A stretch of 59,736 nt of DNA, counting the filler, from Platydemus manokwari (Eukaryota): the NCBI GenBank assembly GCA_037951405.1. It is 6 parts of 6 records of this genome, joined end to end, with 100 filler letters (N's around TTAATTAATTAA, not from the genome) between each part and the next. Parts side by side here need not be neighbours in the genome. Positions count along the whole stretch, not along the records: positions 1 to 9,204 come from JBBMOY011283762.1; positions 9,305 to 18,217 come from JBBMOY011330761.1; 4 more parts are not named here. The stretch is one strand, 5' to 3'. A model generated the notes under the pieces. That model ran no database searches, was not told the DNA's origin, and was given only the letters and a program-made list of their open reading frames with translations. Every line of letters begins with the position of its first letter. The first letter of the stretch is position 1. The translations under genes were made by a program, and so were the position numbers. Of this stretch, positions 1 to 11,996 are shown piece after piece.

Positions 1-663
1 AATATTATTACTAACCACGGGTAATTATAATTTTCTATTATTATAATATTATTTATAATATATAAATTGTTAAAATAATAAAATAATATAATAGCATTGA
101 ATCTTGTTATTTATTTATTGTTACACTAATTTGGCCATTCGAAATATCTAAACATTTAAAATTTATTTCATTCTGTAAAGATTCTGGATATGTGTGTATT
201 TCTGCAGACGTGTGTATTTTTGCTATCCTTTTTAATCGAACTAAATATCCTTTCAAAGATTTGTTTTATACATTGAAGATGAATAGTTTATCATGTGGAA
301 AAATATTGGAAAAATCTTCCTTCATTTTACAAAATGATTATTGGCCTATGATCGAATTTGATCTTACATTAACATTATCAATTCAAATGAAGTTTGGATT
401 TTTATTGAAAATGGCAATGAAATTGTAGATCAGCAAATATCCAAGTGTTCTGCTCCTTTTATAAAAATGTGAGATTCTTATGTATTTTTTGTTGTGAGTT
501 CAGACCTAGTTTTACATTTTTTCTATCCTTTAAGATTTTCTCAGGACACATGTTTGAAGGGAAACGTAATAACAAATTGATTAGTTTATTTATATGGATC
601 AAACGTGCTCATTTCATATTATTAGTATTTGGAAATTTCCAGTGGAAATGACTTTGATTTTCA

Positions 664-1240
664 CACTCTTGAACAAATACCCAAAAATTATGTTAATCCT
701 CCGAAATTCGTAGTGATATATTTGTGGTGTAGTGACATTTAAATTTCAAAGAAAAACGTCACTCCTAATATTAAAATGTGCTGTGAACTAAATACTGGAT
801 GCAAAATCGAAGGTTAACATATAGTCTGGGCTCCTTATATTTGTTGAGAAAAATGTTTCCGATTTTACTAACAATTTTTTTTGTTTCCACACCTTGAGTT
901 CTATTCCTAAAATCTTGCATCTATAGGTGAAGTGAACATAGACGGTCTTTTTAAGGGTTTAGAAGCGTTATCAGCGGGAGTGGAATTCAAATATGTTGCT
1001 TGATTATTGTTGGATATTGATAAGAAAATGTGGTAGGAAATCTAATGTTTCTGCAATGTAATTTAATATTTCTTACATTTTACATATGAATGTATGTAGA
1101 TACATGATATAAATCTCAACCAACTGTCCTCAAAAAGCCCCACACGATAAGAGAATCTAAAACCAGATTTGAACTTAATGTACAGAAAATAGAAAAGAAT
1201 CTTCACTTTCATTCAAGGGACTAAACATTGTTGGTCAGTG
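664..1240 (+). mobile_element. Chapaev3-type (CMC superfamily) DNA transposon, internally deleted and degraded
   Basis: Manual translation gives N-terminal YICGVVTFKFQRK and GCKIEG*HIVWAPYIC*EKC (cf. YICG...GDQDKxWAPHxCC). These are joined to C-terminal KRYQREWNSNMLLDYCWILIR (cf. RYQGxWxxxMLADYCW). Termini are CACTCTTGAACAA...TTGTTGGTCAGTG, flanked by TCA/TAA (TWA-like target duplication). Confidence 0.7.
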
Positions 1241-1761
1241 TAATAGTTAATGAATATTTCATGTAAATGGAGACAGATTTTCGTGAACCACCATGATATT
1301 GAAAGATATTTCTTCATTTTATAATAAATATTTTTTTAAAATTATATAAAAGTATAATATTATTATTTTGCCTTAAGCTCAATAAAGTGAGATTTGGTTC
1401 TATTTATCTGTAACATTTTAATTTCATAGAGTTTGGATATATAAATTGCTTTAATCATAAAATCAGTTGCGCCAAATCTTTCATCAAAATTTTGTTAAAT
1501 TCCATAAAATCAACTTTCTTAGCTTTATCGCATACTTTAATAGGAAATCTTATATGTGGAACAGAACTCGTGTAACTGTGTGTCACTCAATATTAAAATA
1601 TGTACATAAAATATTAGTGTCTCGTTATGATTTTTTCTCATTAATCAAATGCATCGTGTCTTATAAAATTATTACTTTCCTCTATGTTGTGTTTATAACG
1701 GTAATATTTTATTGGTACTATATTATAAAGAGTAAATATTCATTTTCTTCTTGATAAAGAA

Positions 1762-1977
1762 CCATATCTTCCGGACTATAAGGCGCACCCTAACTATGAA
1801 TTGACTGATTAATATATTAAATTAAATTAAAAATGTATAGCAAGATTTAATGTACTTTATAATCTAAAATGTCACATTCGCTTATATTAACATCATCACC
1901 ATCTTTTTAAAAAATCTTCCAGGTTTAATAAATCTTAAAAATCTGTTTTAAGTTGCGTCTTAGTCCGGAAAATACGG
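1762..1977. mobile_element. Tc1/mariner-superfamily MITE (Tc2/Kanga-like TIRs)
   Basis: Left end CCATATCTTCCGGACTATAAGGCGCA matches the reverse complement of the right end, CCGTATTTTCCGGACTAAGACGCA. The right end is followed by TA; the interior is non-coding. Confidence 0.75.
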
Positions 1978-3249
1978 TAAAATCTCAGTTAAGATTTTAA
2001 CTCCTTCGTTCTCGGAAAAATAGTTACGGTAACCAAAATTTACAAAAATTCTAATTACACTTTGTTAAAGCTAAGGAAATTTTAGTCATCTCTAGATTCA
2101 TTTATAACCAGTAGTGGTTTCTGTCACCAGTTGTATTTAGACAAGTTAGATCTGTCACTTGATTATTGACTGCTTTTTGTGAAGTGTTATATATTTTGAA
2201 AATGATAATATCTTTTCTTATCAGTCCAGCCAAAAAAATTTTAATGATATTTGATAGTTTGATTTTAAATAATTTAAATGATGAATGGTTAAAGCTAATA
2301 TCAATCGAATTCTATTGTATTGTTTCGTTATGAAGAAAATTGTCCATATATAGTGCGCTTTTAAGAGTGAGTTTGACAAACATTGATTTCTAGAATTTCA
2401 CATCATCTCCACATGACAGGGTTTTATAAAACGTGGGACCAGTGAACCATGTTGTGATAAAATCAACTACATAAATCAACAACTGATTAAAAACATTTTT
2501 GATATAATTTATCCCGGGATCTGGGTTTCATAGATTTATTCGAATTAAGTTTCTGGAAAAGGTTCTTTGTTTTGAAACTAAAATAATCGATGCAAAAGGT
2601 TTGTTTCTACAAATCTTTTCTTCTGTCCAACATTATTGGACATATTCCGGTATTCATGGACCTATTGTTCTAGTTATTAGCCAACTATTGTCACAAGAAA
2701 ATATCGATTTTATATTGATCTTGTATTGTGATAAGCAATAATGCGATGGGATATATTTCTCTCCATTTATAAATTAATAATAATATATTATCAATTATTC
2801 ATTAATAATTTAAAATTTCCAAAGTATAAAACACAAAAATCGTTTTGTTATTTCGATTTTGGAATGAAAATACTTTATCAATATTTTATAATTCATGTTT
2901 TGATGTTTAATTTCTGATGATTTTGTCATACAACGATCATATGAAGATGAATTTTTGTTATTAGTTATGTATTATAATTATTTATTGAAATGATTATAAG
3001 AGTTTGATGATAAAGCTCACTGATAAAGCACAATATCGTAATATTATCTATATCCATTATTTCATATTTTGCTCGTTATTCGATTCGATTTGACCGTTCC
3101 TGTACATTATTCCATCTTAATAATTTAAAATCTGCGAGTACTCTTGTGTTTTGTGCTCTTTATTACCATATATTTGAAAATAACAAACCCCATGATAATT
3201 CATAAAAGCTCATAAAACAAATCTAACAACACTGTTTCGTTATTATAAG

Positions 3250-4385
3250 GTGCCTTAAATGGATTGAAGAAATCCGACAATTCATATAGTCTCAGAATCA
3301 CTTACAGTCGCATTGATCGAGTGAAGAAAAAAATTCTCTCTCGAAATTCAGTGGGAATTACCAATAATAGCAGCAACAATCAATCGAATTTCATCAGTTC
3401 TAAACCGCCAAATATTTCTCTAAAATCGAAACTCAAACGAAAAAGCGATTTGATTCTAACATCTGAACCCCACAAATATTTCAAAGACCACCACAATCTT
3501 CCCGATACGACAATCGATGAAATCAGAGACGATCAGAAAAAGTCACAATTCGATTCTCAAATCATACAGCGGCGATCATTACGCCAAGCAAATGCCAAAA
3601 ATCTTTCAACGAAAACCATCACGACGAAAACTGAACCCAATATGACTAATATGAATCTTTCATTATCACCGTTGGATGACAATAGGCATGGAAAATTAAC
3701 GATTAAATTACGTAAAACTGCAGACCATCCCAATCAATATGAACATTGTCTATCGACAGTGTCGAAACCGCCACCAATTCAAAAACTGACCATCCAAAGG
3801 AAACCGAAACTCATCCAACTTAACAATTCCCGTGATTCAGATTCGAATATTTTTAGCCGCATGACTCAACTTTATTTATCTCGACCCGACAACATCTCTC
3901 CACCTCCTCTCCAATCAGACACTCCCCCGTTCCTTTCTCCTTGGTTCTGTTCGGAAAAATCCAGCAGCCATTCATCATCACGCAAATCGAAGAGCACATC
4001 GAAAATGAAAATCAAATTGAAAACCAAAACCCCCAAATCATCATCATCATCATCAGCGAACCATTTGAAAATCATTAATCTCAACACGAAACCCGTCATT
4101 CGTGATGAATGTTGTGACAATAATTTTATCGATTTCTCTTCACTCAATCAACCGGAAACATCAAGCAGTGATATACCATCATATTCAGCATCCAGTCCAA
4201 CGATTCCGATTTTGGAAATCGAATCCGAAACGGAATTGGTGCCACCGAAACTGGTCTGTGAAATCCAAGAACCGTCTCCATCGCAACAGACCAGTCATCA
4301 TCATCACCAATCCACAAAAACCAAAGGTATAGTGATGAAATTCTCTCGAATCTGTGGTAACAGATTCATATCACTGTTGTCATAG
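3250..4385 (+). CDS. Probable terminal coding exon of an unknown Ser/Lys/Pro-rich, largely disordered, probably nuclear protein
   Basis: Open frame of more than 370 codons, with GC clearly above background. Candidate acceptor TATAAG|GTG at 3249/3250 is compatible with the frame (phase 1). TAG stop at 4383-4385. The ORF-track start is a TTG; upstream exons were not identified. Confidence 0.7.
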
Positions 4386-4499
4386 AATAATTTTTTCTTT
4401 CTCACATTTTCGAATCCATTTGTTCAAAGAGCAGCGTGCACGGCTTGTAAAATGTGATGTGTACAGATTTTTGAAAAATAGTTTAACTTTTTTACATTT

Positions 4500-4785
4500 T
4501 TTTTCATTTATATACATTATTATTATATATTTTATATATTATTTATTATATTATTTGTTATTTATATCATTTATTTATAAATATTATTTATTTATTATAT
4601 TATATATTTATTATACTTATTGTATTATTGATTTATTATATTTATTATTAATTTATTATTTTTGATATTATTAATTTATTATACTTATTATTGATTTATT
4701 ATTGACTTATATTTTTATTATATTATTGGATTATTATATTTATTATATTATTGATTTATTATATTTATAAGTATTTATTTTATTT
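4500..4785. repeat. Low-complexity TTA/TAT-rich degenerate tandem repeat
   Basis: Reiterated TTATTATATTATTGATTTA-like units just downstream of the 4385 stop. Confidence 0.8.
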
Positions 4786-6204
4786 AGTCAAGGGTAAATT
4801 AAGAAGGCTAAGAAAATCTGCGATGGGAAAGAAAAAAAAATAGCGAAAAAAAACCAAACACCATTTATATGTCGTTATTATTAACACAGCATGAGCATTT
4901 TTCATTATTTAGATTTTCGATGTTGACTCTAGGTGGCTATTTATTGATATTTCTATTTATTTATATACATATAAATATTTTTGTTATTGTTTATTCGTTC
5001 GTTGGGTTGGAAAAATCCAGTGTTTTTGTGGAGAAATATTTTTGTGTGGCAAAAAATGAGTGAAATAGTTCTTGGAACAATAAAACTTTTAAAGATATTA
5101 TTTTTTAGTTGTTTTCGGGTTGTGTTTTCTGTTAAATTTCGCGTCACAGATGTGGAAGAAATGTGATGGACATTTACGATAATGATTGGTACGAGTGGAA
5201 ATAAATTCGGTAACGATTGTCATTGCCATGAGGTGAATGATAGCAATTTCCATGACGAATTAATGACCAGCTGGACTTGATTGTGAAAGTTATTATCTCA
5301 ACGGATTTCCCACATCTTTATTTTATTGATTAATTTTTTTAAAAATAGATTTGGTAGAAATGAAAGGCAATATATTTAATGATATCGTTCAATCAAATCA
5401 AATAGCGAGCCTAAACCGTTGATATGATACTCCCACGTAAAAGGAAATGTTAGATTTTCGTTTTATTCAATATTTTGATTTTACAATACTTAAAAACGAA
5501 TATTGTCGAAGAAATCGAATAACCAATCAAAATGATTCCATTGAATTTCCATGATGGAACAATTTTATTTTTTTGCCCTCATGATGGATTTATATTTCAT
5601 TTTTTAGCAAAACACTTCGATTTCAAACCCATATTTTGATTACCAAATCTTTAATAAATGCTAATATCAACATATGCATTGATAGTTCTGTTTATTATAA
5701 AATTGTATTTATAATTATCGATATAAATTATTCTATTTAATTATTACGGTTGATTTTTATATTGTGTAAATCTGAATTTAATCAATATATTATTTATATT
5801 TCTTGAAGAAATAAATTTTTAAGGAAGTCTAACCCTCAAAATTAAAGAAATCAAACTTCGAAACTTTTTCTCGTGTGACCACATCACGTACAATTTAATA
5901 CAAATGATAATAAGTATAATCATTAATAATAATATTATCAGGTATTGGAATTATCTGAAGACCTATTTTGTAAAATTGGTATTGAGATTAACTTTATATA
6001 TTGATTGTTAATTTCATTTCGATTATTGAGTTGTGTAATTCTTTCATTGTTATATTCGTAACTGTTTTGTCTGAACATTTATTGTTTGTATATCGACTAA
6101 TCCAGATATGTATTTATATTAATAGCAATTTTTGTTGTTTAATTATGGGTTGTATGTTACGTTTGGGCCTTATGTAGTTTATTATCAATATTTATTTTCT
6201 TATA

Positions 6205-7530
6205 CAGTCGGGCCCCGGTTTGGGCAGACGCCGGACATGGGGCACTTTTGGTTTTTGGTAACCCATGTTTTGGGGGCAAAAATTAAAAAAAGTCAATTTT
6301 TCTATTTTAAAGAACCTCACTTTGGGACATTTATTTTAAAAAATGTATGATTATTTTTTGGATTTTTTTTGAATTTGTATTTGTGTAAAACAACGTATTT
6401 TTTTGAATTGTATTATAACCATGGAGAAACTCAATTATGATGACAGGTTACAAATTTAAAAATTTCTCAAGGAACGAAAGTTGTCAGAAAGGAAGCTTTG
6501 TATTAAGTATCAAACTAGTAAAGGAATTATTTCAAGAATTCGAAAAAATATTGTTCCACTTTTAGTAAACAACAGAAAAATTAATATTTCTGATAAAGAA
6601 TGTGAAGTAAATAATAATATCAAACAATTTTAGTGATGGTATACAAATTTTTTTTTAAATTAAAGGATGATACATGTGTAAATGAAACAGTACTTAGAAT
6701 GATTGGAAAAAAGTAGCTTCAAAAATGTCTAATAAAGTTTTTTGTGAGTCTAACGGTTGGTTAGATAGATTTAAATCAAGACATAAGTTGTTCAAAAACA
6801 TCTGGGGTGAAACCATATCTGCAGATAGATCCGGTTTAGATGAATTTTACTCTGCATATGATGAATACGTTTTAGAATGTGGATAACGTAACATATTTAA
6901 TTGTAATGAAACGGCGTTATTTATAAAAAAAATCTTTCATCTAAATGTTTTGTTGAGAAAAGTAAGTTGTAATGGAGCTAAACAAAATTTATGAAAAAAT
7001 TACTTAATTTTTGTGTTGTAGTTTAGAAGGCGAAAAGCTAGAACCATCTATTATTGGAAAACATGAGTGTCACCAATGTATGCAAAACTTTAATCTTAAA
7101 GACTACAGAGTTTTATATTTTTCTTCAAAAAATGCGTGCTGACAACAGAAATATTTCAAACATAACTGACAATGTTAAATACTGAAATGATCAAGCAGTA
7201 ATAGATAAATAGTACTCCTTGATAATGACAGTTGTCATAAATCATTGTATTGTTCAATTGTCAAGTTGTTATTTTTAAATAAAAACACAACTTCATTTAT
7301 TCAACCACTTGATATGGGCATCATAAAAACTATCAAAACTTATTATATAAATACACTCATGAATTATTTTCTTAATGATTGCGAATCATGGAATTTTCTT
7401 TCAAAATTAAATATACGCCAAGCTATTGTTATAATTTCAGAGGCTTGAGAAAGGTTAAAGGTTGAAACTACCTAAAATTGTTGGGATGAAATTAATGAAT
7501 ATCGTAAATCAGACTTTGCTGGCATTGTAA
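6205..7530 (+). mobile_element. pogo/Tigger-family DNA transposon with a pseudogenised CENP-B/DDE transposase (from ATG 6421)
   Basis: TA|CAGTCGGGCCCCG left end. Translated motifs: KLSERKLCIKYQTSKGIISRI (HTH), ESNGWLDRFKSRH, NIFNCNETALF (first catalytic D changed to N), LLDNDSCH, NTTSFIQPLDMGIIKTIKTYY. Many stops and frameshifts; no right TIR found. Confidence 0.9.
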
Positions 7531-9204
7531 AGGATGATATATCATTTGTTGTGTTCATAATTTTACTTAATCCATTTTCAAATATATCAACTCACCGATA
7601 AAATTAGATGATATTTTGGTTATTCAATCCAAATCTATCAGTTGTAATTTTAAAACAACATTTTATTATTGCTATATCTTGACTGTGAATAGATTTATAA
7701 TTAAAAATATAATTCAATTTATTGTTGACATTCTTCAACGATTTGTTTATTGTTTTGCAAATTTAAAATCAAATTTTATCATGAAATGGATATGTTTGCT
7801 GGTAAAAAGAATTTTAGTGAATAAATTCTACTTAAACTATAAATGGTCCCTCAATCAATGTGACGAAAATTTCCAAAATTATCACATAAACAAATAATAT
7901 TTATAATAGAAAAATATCAATTTATCTCATTAATTCATATTCCATCTCGATTTGAAAAGAAAAAAATATCAACTCCAAATGAATAATGATCATCATTAAA
8001 TGCGAACTTTGTTTTAAACATTGTGTTTATATAAAAATAATCAATCAAGACATTAGTAAATGATATATATAAATTTCATAATTTGATAGTAATTAAAAAT
8101 TTACAGATGCATTATTGTGTAGAAACGCATATAGGGGAACCGAGGTATTTACAAAATATTTTTATTATTGTTATATTTATTTTTATCTCAAATTTGGTTC
8201 ATTATCATCTTATTCATATCATACTAAAATTCTTTATATTTTATTGAGAAGAATATTAAAACAAAAAACCAAAAATAACATATCATATTTATTAAAACGA
8301 ATTTATTTATGATATTTGCTGTATATAACAAGATCATATTTTATTTTCACAATATTTCATCGTCAAACATATAAGATAAAAACCCATATCATATTTTACG
8401 AATTTATTATTCGTTGAATAAGAATGTCAATTCTAGTTATTTCAAAATATGTTCGCTCTAATTCTGTATATGTTTATCAATATCTGTCGATTGGATATCC
8501 ATGTTAGATAAGACACAAAATATCTGTTCAATTGTAGATATTTATATATCTTAACTTCACTAAAACAAACTCAATAAACAAAATATCTTTCAACTGCAAA
8601 ATAAAGATTCAATCAATAAACATCGATCTTATTCATATATTTGCGTGTAACCTCAGACAGATATTTATATTTAATATTAAATAATATTTCTTCCATATAT
8701 CGATCCAATTCTACTATTATGCTTTCTACTTGTTCCTGATTTCCAGAAATTTCATAGACTGCTGATGGTGTGTTAGTAATTATTTACATGTGCCTATGTT
8801 TGATCAAAACGTAACATCTAATAAAATCTGAACATTCTAAACGTTTCGATTGGTTATTTGTTTACTTTAAAGCTTTTAAAATTATTTCGAACATTAATAG
8901 CTGTCCTATTAAACCAACTTTTGGAATGTAAACGTTTTTAATCCGTTTTTAAACCGAATTATCTATGTAAATTCAATCATTTAAACAAATTAATATAATT
9001 TTATAAAAAATTAAATTTTATTAAATTTTATTATTTTCAAAGACCATTTATGAACAAATAATAACGGATAAATTTCTATATATCCAATCACTATCCAAAG
9101 AAATCTTAATTGCTCTACATGTAACAAATTATTTAACTAATTAAATCCTAGAAATTCCAAATATTATTTCTTTTCTTGAAATCATTATTGATCATTTTAA
9201 GAAA

Positions 9205-9304
9205 NNNNNNNNNNNNNNNNNNNNNNNNNNNNNNNNNNNNNNNNNNNNTTAATTAATTAANNNNNNNNNNNNNNNNNNNNNNNNNNNNNNNNNNNNNNNN
9301 NNNN
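9205..9304. other. Artificial contig-joining spacer
   Basis: 44 N + TTAATTAATTAA (stops in all six frames) + 44 N. Confidence 0.97.
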
Positions 9305-9439
9305 GATGTATATTGTAGTTCTAAACTTATTTGTAATTTTATTTTATTTTATTGTTTAAATAGCCCTTGTGTATTGGTGTCATTATTAATAAATTTTTGT
9401 AACAACAAAATTTAGTTCTCATTCATACAAGTGATTATT

Positions 9440-9703
9440 TGTAATTGTGGTAATTAACATAGTTAACAGCTTAAAATAGGATTTGTAGTTTGAGACTGAT
9501 AATTAGGATAAGTAAAATATATCACTGCTGCCACACCTATTGCCATAACTCAATAAGGCTGTGCGAGGTGGAGGAACACCAATACAAGGTAAATTAAGCC
9601 TGTGGCCTCAATCAAGAGCTCATAGGGACTGATTAAGACAGTAGTGGAATCAAATAGAATTAATCTTAGTAAAACAAATAAATCTATAAGGCCCAAACGT
9701 AAC
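9440..9703 (+). mobile_element. Solo-LTR-like insertion in the 3' part of the Polinton integrase
   Basis: TGTAA...AATAAA...GGCCCAAACGTAACA. The same terminal motif recurs at 6155-6169 (reverse) and 47602-47616. Left boundary uncertain; no clean TSD. Confidence 0.45.
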
Positions 9704-10260
9704 ATTAAAACTATTCCATTCTTCTAATTTTTCTTTAATTATTTCAGGGTTTTTACTTGCTTCAATAGGACTAACTACAATAATTGAAAATATTTTATTA
9801 TTTTATTTATTAACACTGCAATAAATTATTATCCCATTTATAACTTCCAGCAGCTGTAAAATGCTTCCACATAATGTTTTTCAAAGTTATAATAAATCTT
9901 TCAGCCTTACCTCTATTTTCAGTATGATATACAATAATTTTATTTTCATCACAAAAAATTTACTTTTAATTCCAGATTTTTCATCAAACCATATATATTT
10001 TGTATTTCTATTGTCTTTTGAGAAAAACTTTTCAAAGGCTTCAACTAAAGTTTCCTATTTTTTATCCTTCAAGGGAATACACCAACCATATCAATAACAA
10101 TTAAAATATTTAAAAATCCTTCATTAGATTTTTGGGCATTATAGCAAAATCACTACAATGAACATTGTCTTCAGAAAAGAATTTTAACTTTAAAAATTTC
10201 TTACTTTTTTATATTCATGATGTAATTCTTTATTTAATAAACCTTCATCGTGTAACTTTA
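9704..10260 (-). pseudogene. Polinton-type retroviral-like (rve) integrase, degraded
   Basis: Pieced across frameshifts: KELHHEYKK; YGWCIPLKDKK*ETLVEAFEKFF; YIWFDEKSG; YHTENRGKAER; TLKNIMWKHFT; VVSPIEASKNP. These follow the Polinton integrase pattern ELH...YAWxxPLKxK...ERFNRTLKxxMWKxFT...P. Confidence 0.85.
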
Positions 10261-10299
10261 AATATATTTAATTTCTTCATCCACATCATAGGAATTTCC

Positions 10300-10942
10300 A
10301 TATATTTTCTTAATTGCTAGGTCTTTTGCTAAAAGTGGTTCAGGTGGATAAACCCTGTCCAAGGATAATTTACCCTTTCATAATACTTTTAATTAAAAAT
10401 CTTTCTAATTTTTCTCTGAATTCTGGATTAGGAATATTATCCATTTGAATATTATCATTTTAACATCGGCAACATGTCTATATTGTAAATCTTATGAAAT
10501 ATAATCAACATCATGTTGGAATACTATTGCATCTATTCTAATTATTGGTTGATGATATTCTTTTGGAATTGGAGGTATACCTAATTTTCCATTTTCATTA
10601 TAATTATTAATAATTTCATCATAATTTTGTAAATCAACTTGAGGATTTGTTCATGGACGACCAGTACTAAATTTATTTTAAAAATTATTATTTGTAATTG
10701 CTTCGTGTATATTTCCACCCTTTTTCAGCTCAAACTCTGGTTACCTTTAAGGATTCCCTGAGTCTCCTCCAATGAATTTAAAACTTCTTAATTTATTACT
10801 TTTATTCATACACGTACTATTCGTACCATTCGAATTCGTATTTTTCATATGAGATTTGGTTTTTTCATGTTTTTGCTTTAATAGATTTAGAAATTTCTTT
10901 TTTACGATCCTGACATAAATATCCCGGAGTAAAAGTAGTCAT
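10300..10942 (-). pseudogene. Zinc-finger plus parvovirus-type phospholipase A2-like (PLA2X) gene, degraded
   Basis: ATG at 10942. CQDRKKEISKSIKAK/HEKTKSH resembles a C2H2 finger, with one C to R change and a frameshift. TGRP*T (cf. GPGT), PIIRIDAIVFQHDVDY...DLQYRHVADVKM (cf. PINxxDxxAxxHDxxY...RHxAD), then IMKGKL. Confidence 0.8.
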
Positions 10943-10969
10943 TTTAAAATATTAAAAATAGCTCTTCAA

Positions 10970-11837
10970 ATGGAGACAAAGAAATAAAAATTTATTGAGG
11001 CAAACGGATAAAGATTACCTGAAAAATCAGAAAATTCTGGAAAATGTTTAATATGTATCGAAGATACAATTATACTTACTTTTTGTAAGTATTATATTTG
11101 TAAAGAATGTAATAAAAAATATAAAAATGATAAATGTCCATAATGTCGACAAAATTTACATGAAAGAATTCTTATATTAGATTGCGTAAATCAAGAACTT
11201 TCAGAATCAATTATTAGAGAATTTCAAAATAAAATTGACTGGAAAGCTATTTCAGAATATCAAAAATTATCTGAAGATTTTATTAAAGAATTTCAAGATA
11301 AAGAAGATTGGGACAATAGTTCAGATTTTCACAAATTATCTGAAGATTTTATTAAAGAATTTCAAGATAAAGTGTATTAGACAAGCATTTTGTGCCGGCA
11401 AGTATTATCGGAGTTCTTTATTCGGGAATTTGAAGACAGTTAATTGGGGAGCTATTTCATATAATCAAAATGTATTTAAAGATTTTATCCGAGAATTCCA
11501 AGATATGATGGATTGGGAACAATTTCACACCGTCAAAAATTATCTGGAGATTTTATTCGAGTATTCAAAGATGAAGTGATGTGGTATTTTATTTCAGATT
11601 TACAAAATTTATCATAATCCATAATTAGAGAATTCCAAGATAAAATATATTGGAAACTTAATTCATCTTGTCAAAAATTATCCGAAGATTTCATCTGAGA
11701 ATTCCAAGATAAGTTGGATTGGTATTGCATTTCGAATCAAAGATGAAGTGAAGCGGTATTTTATTTCATATTGTTAAAATTTATCAGAATCTTTTATTAG
11801 AGAATTCCAAAATATGTCAATTTGGACTTTAAATTAA
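10970..11837 (+). pseudogene. RING-finger plus tryptophan-repeat protein (about 9 x 23-aa repeats), degraded
   Basis: CLICIEDTIILTFCKYYICKECNKKYKNDKCP*CR (11045-11149) has C3HC4 RING spacing with H changed to Y. It is followed by 69-nt repeats translating to about QKLSEDFIREFQDKVDWxxISxx. Several stops and frameshifts; the ORF-track entry 11235..11579 is mostly in the wrong frame. Confidence 0.8.
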
Positions 11838-11936
11838 ATCAAATATTATTTGTCTTGATTTTATGGTTTTTTATTTTTTGTAATTTTCTAATTTTTATAA
11901 TTTCTAAATAATGTGTTTTATTCAATATGAAATCAC

Positions 11937-11996
11937 GTAGTAATAAAGACCAGTCTTTTGAGGGTTAGGGCGTCAAAGACTGGTCTATATAACTAC
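11937..11996. repeat. Imperfect 24/25-bp inverted repeat (hairpin) with an 11-nt loop GGGTTAGGGCG
   Basis: GTAGTAATAAAGACCAGTCTTTTGA pairs with TCAAAGACTGGTCTATATAACTAC. Confidence 0.9.

Noticed and set aside
3872-4332. ORFs 3872..4147 (-) and 4102..4332 (+)
   Set aside because: Shadow frames of the long 3250-4385 exon.
4354-5166. Hydrophobic I/Y/L/F-rich short ORFs resembling membrane proteins (also 37946..38176, 54635..54931 and similar)
   Set aside because: Products of AT-rich low-complexity DNA; many start at TTG/GTG and have no motifs.
9249-9260. TTAATTAATTAA islands inside N runs as a biological repeat or CRISPR-like unit
   Set aside because: Identical 44N-12-44N layout five times; this is a synthetic six-frame stop linker.
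11191-11837. 69-nt periodic repeats as a CRISPR-like array
   Set aside because: The period is a multiple of three, conservation is at the protein level, and there is no repeat/unique-spacer alternation or cas gene.
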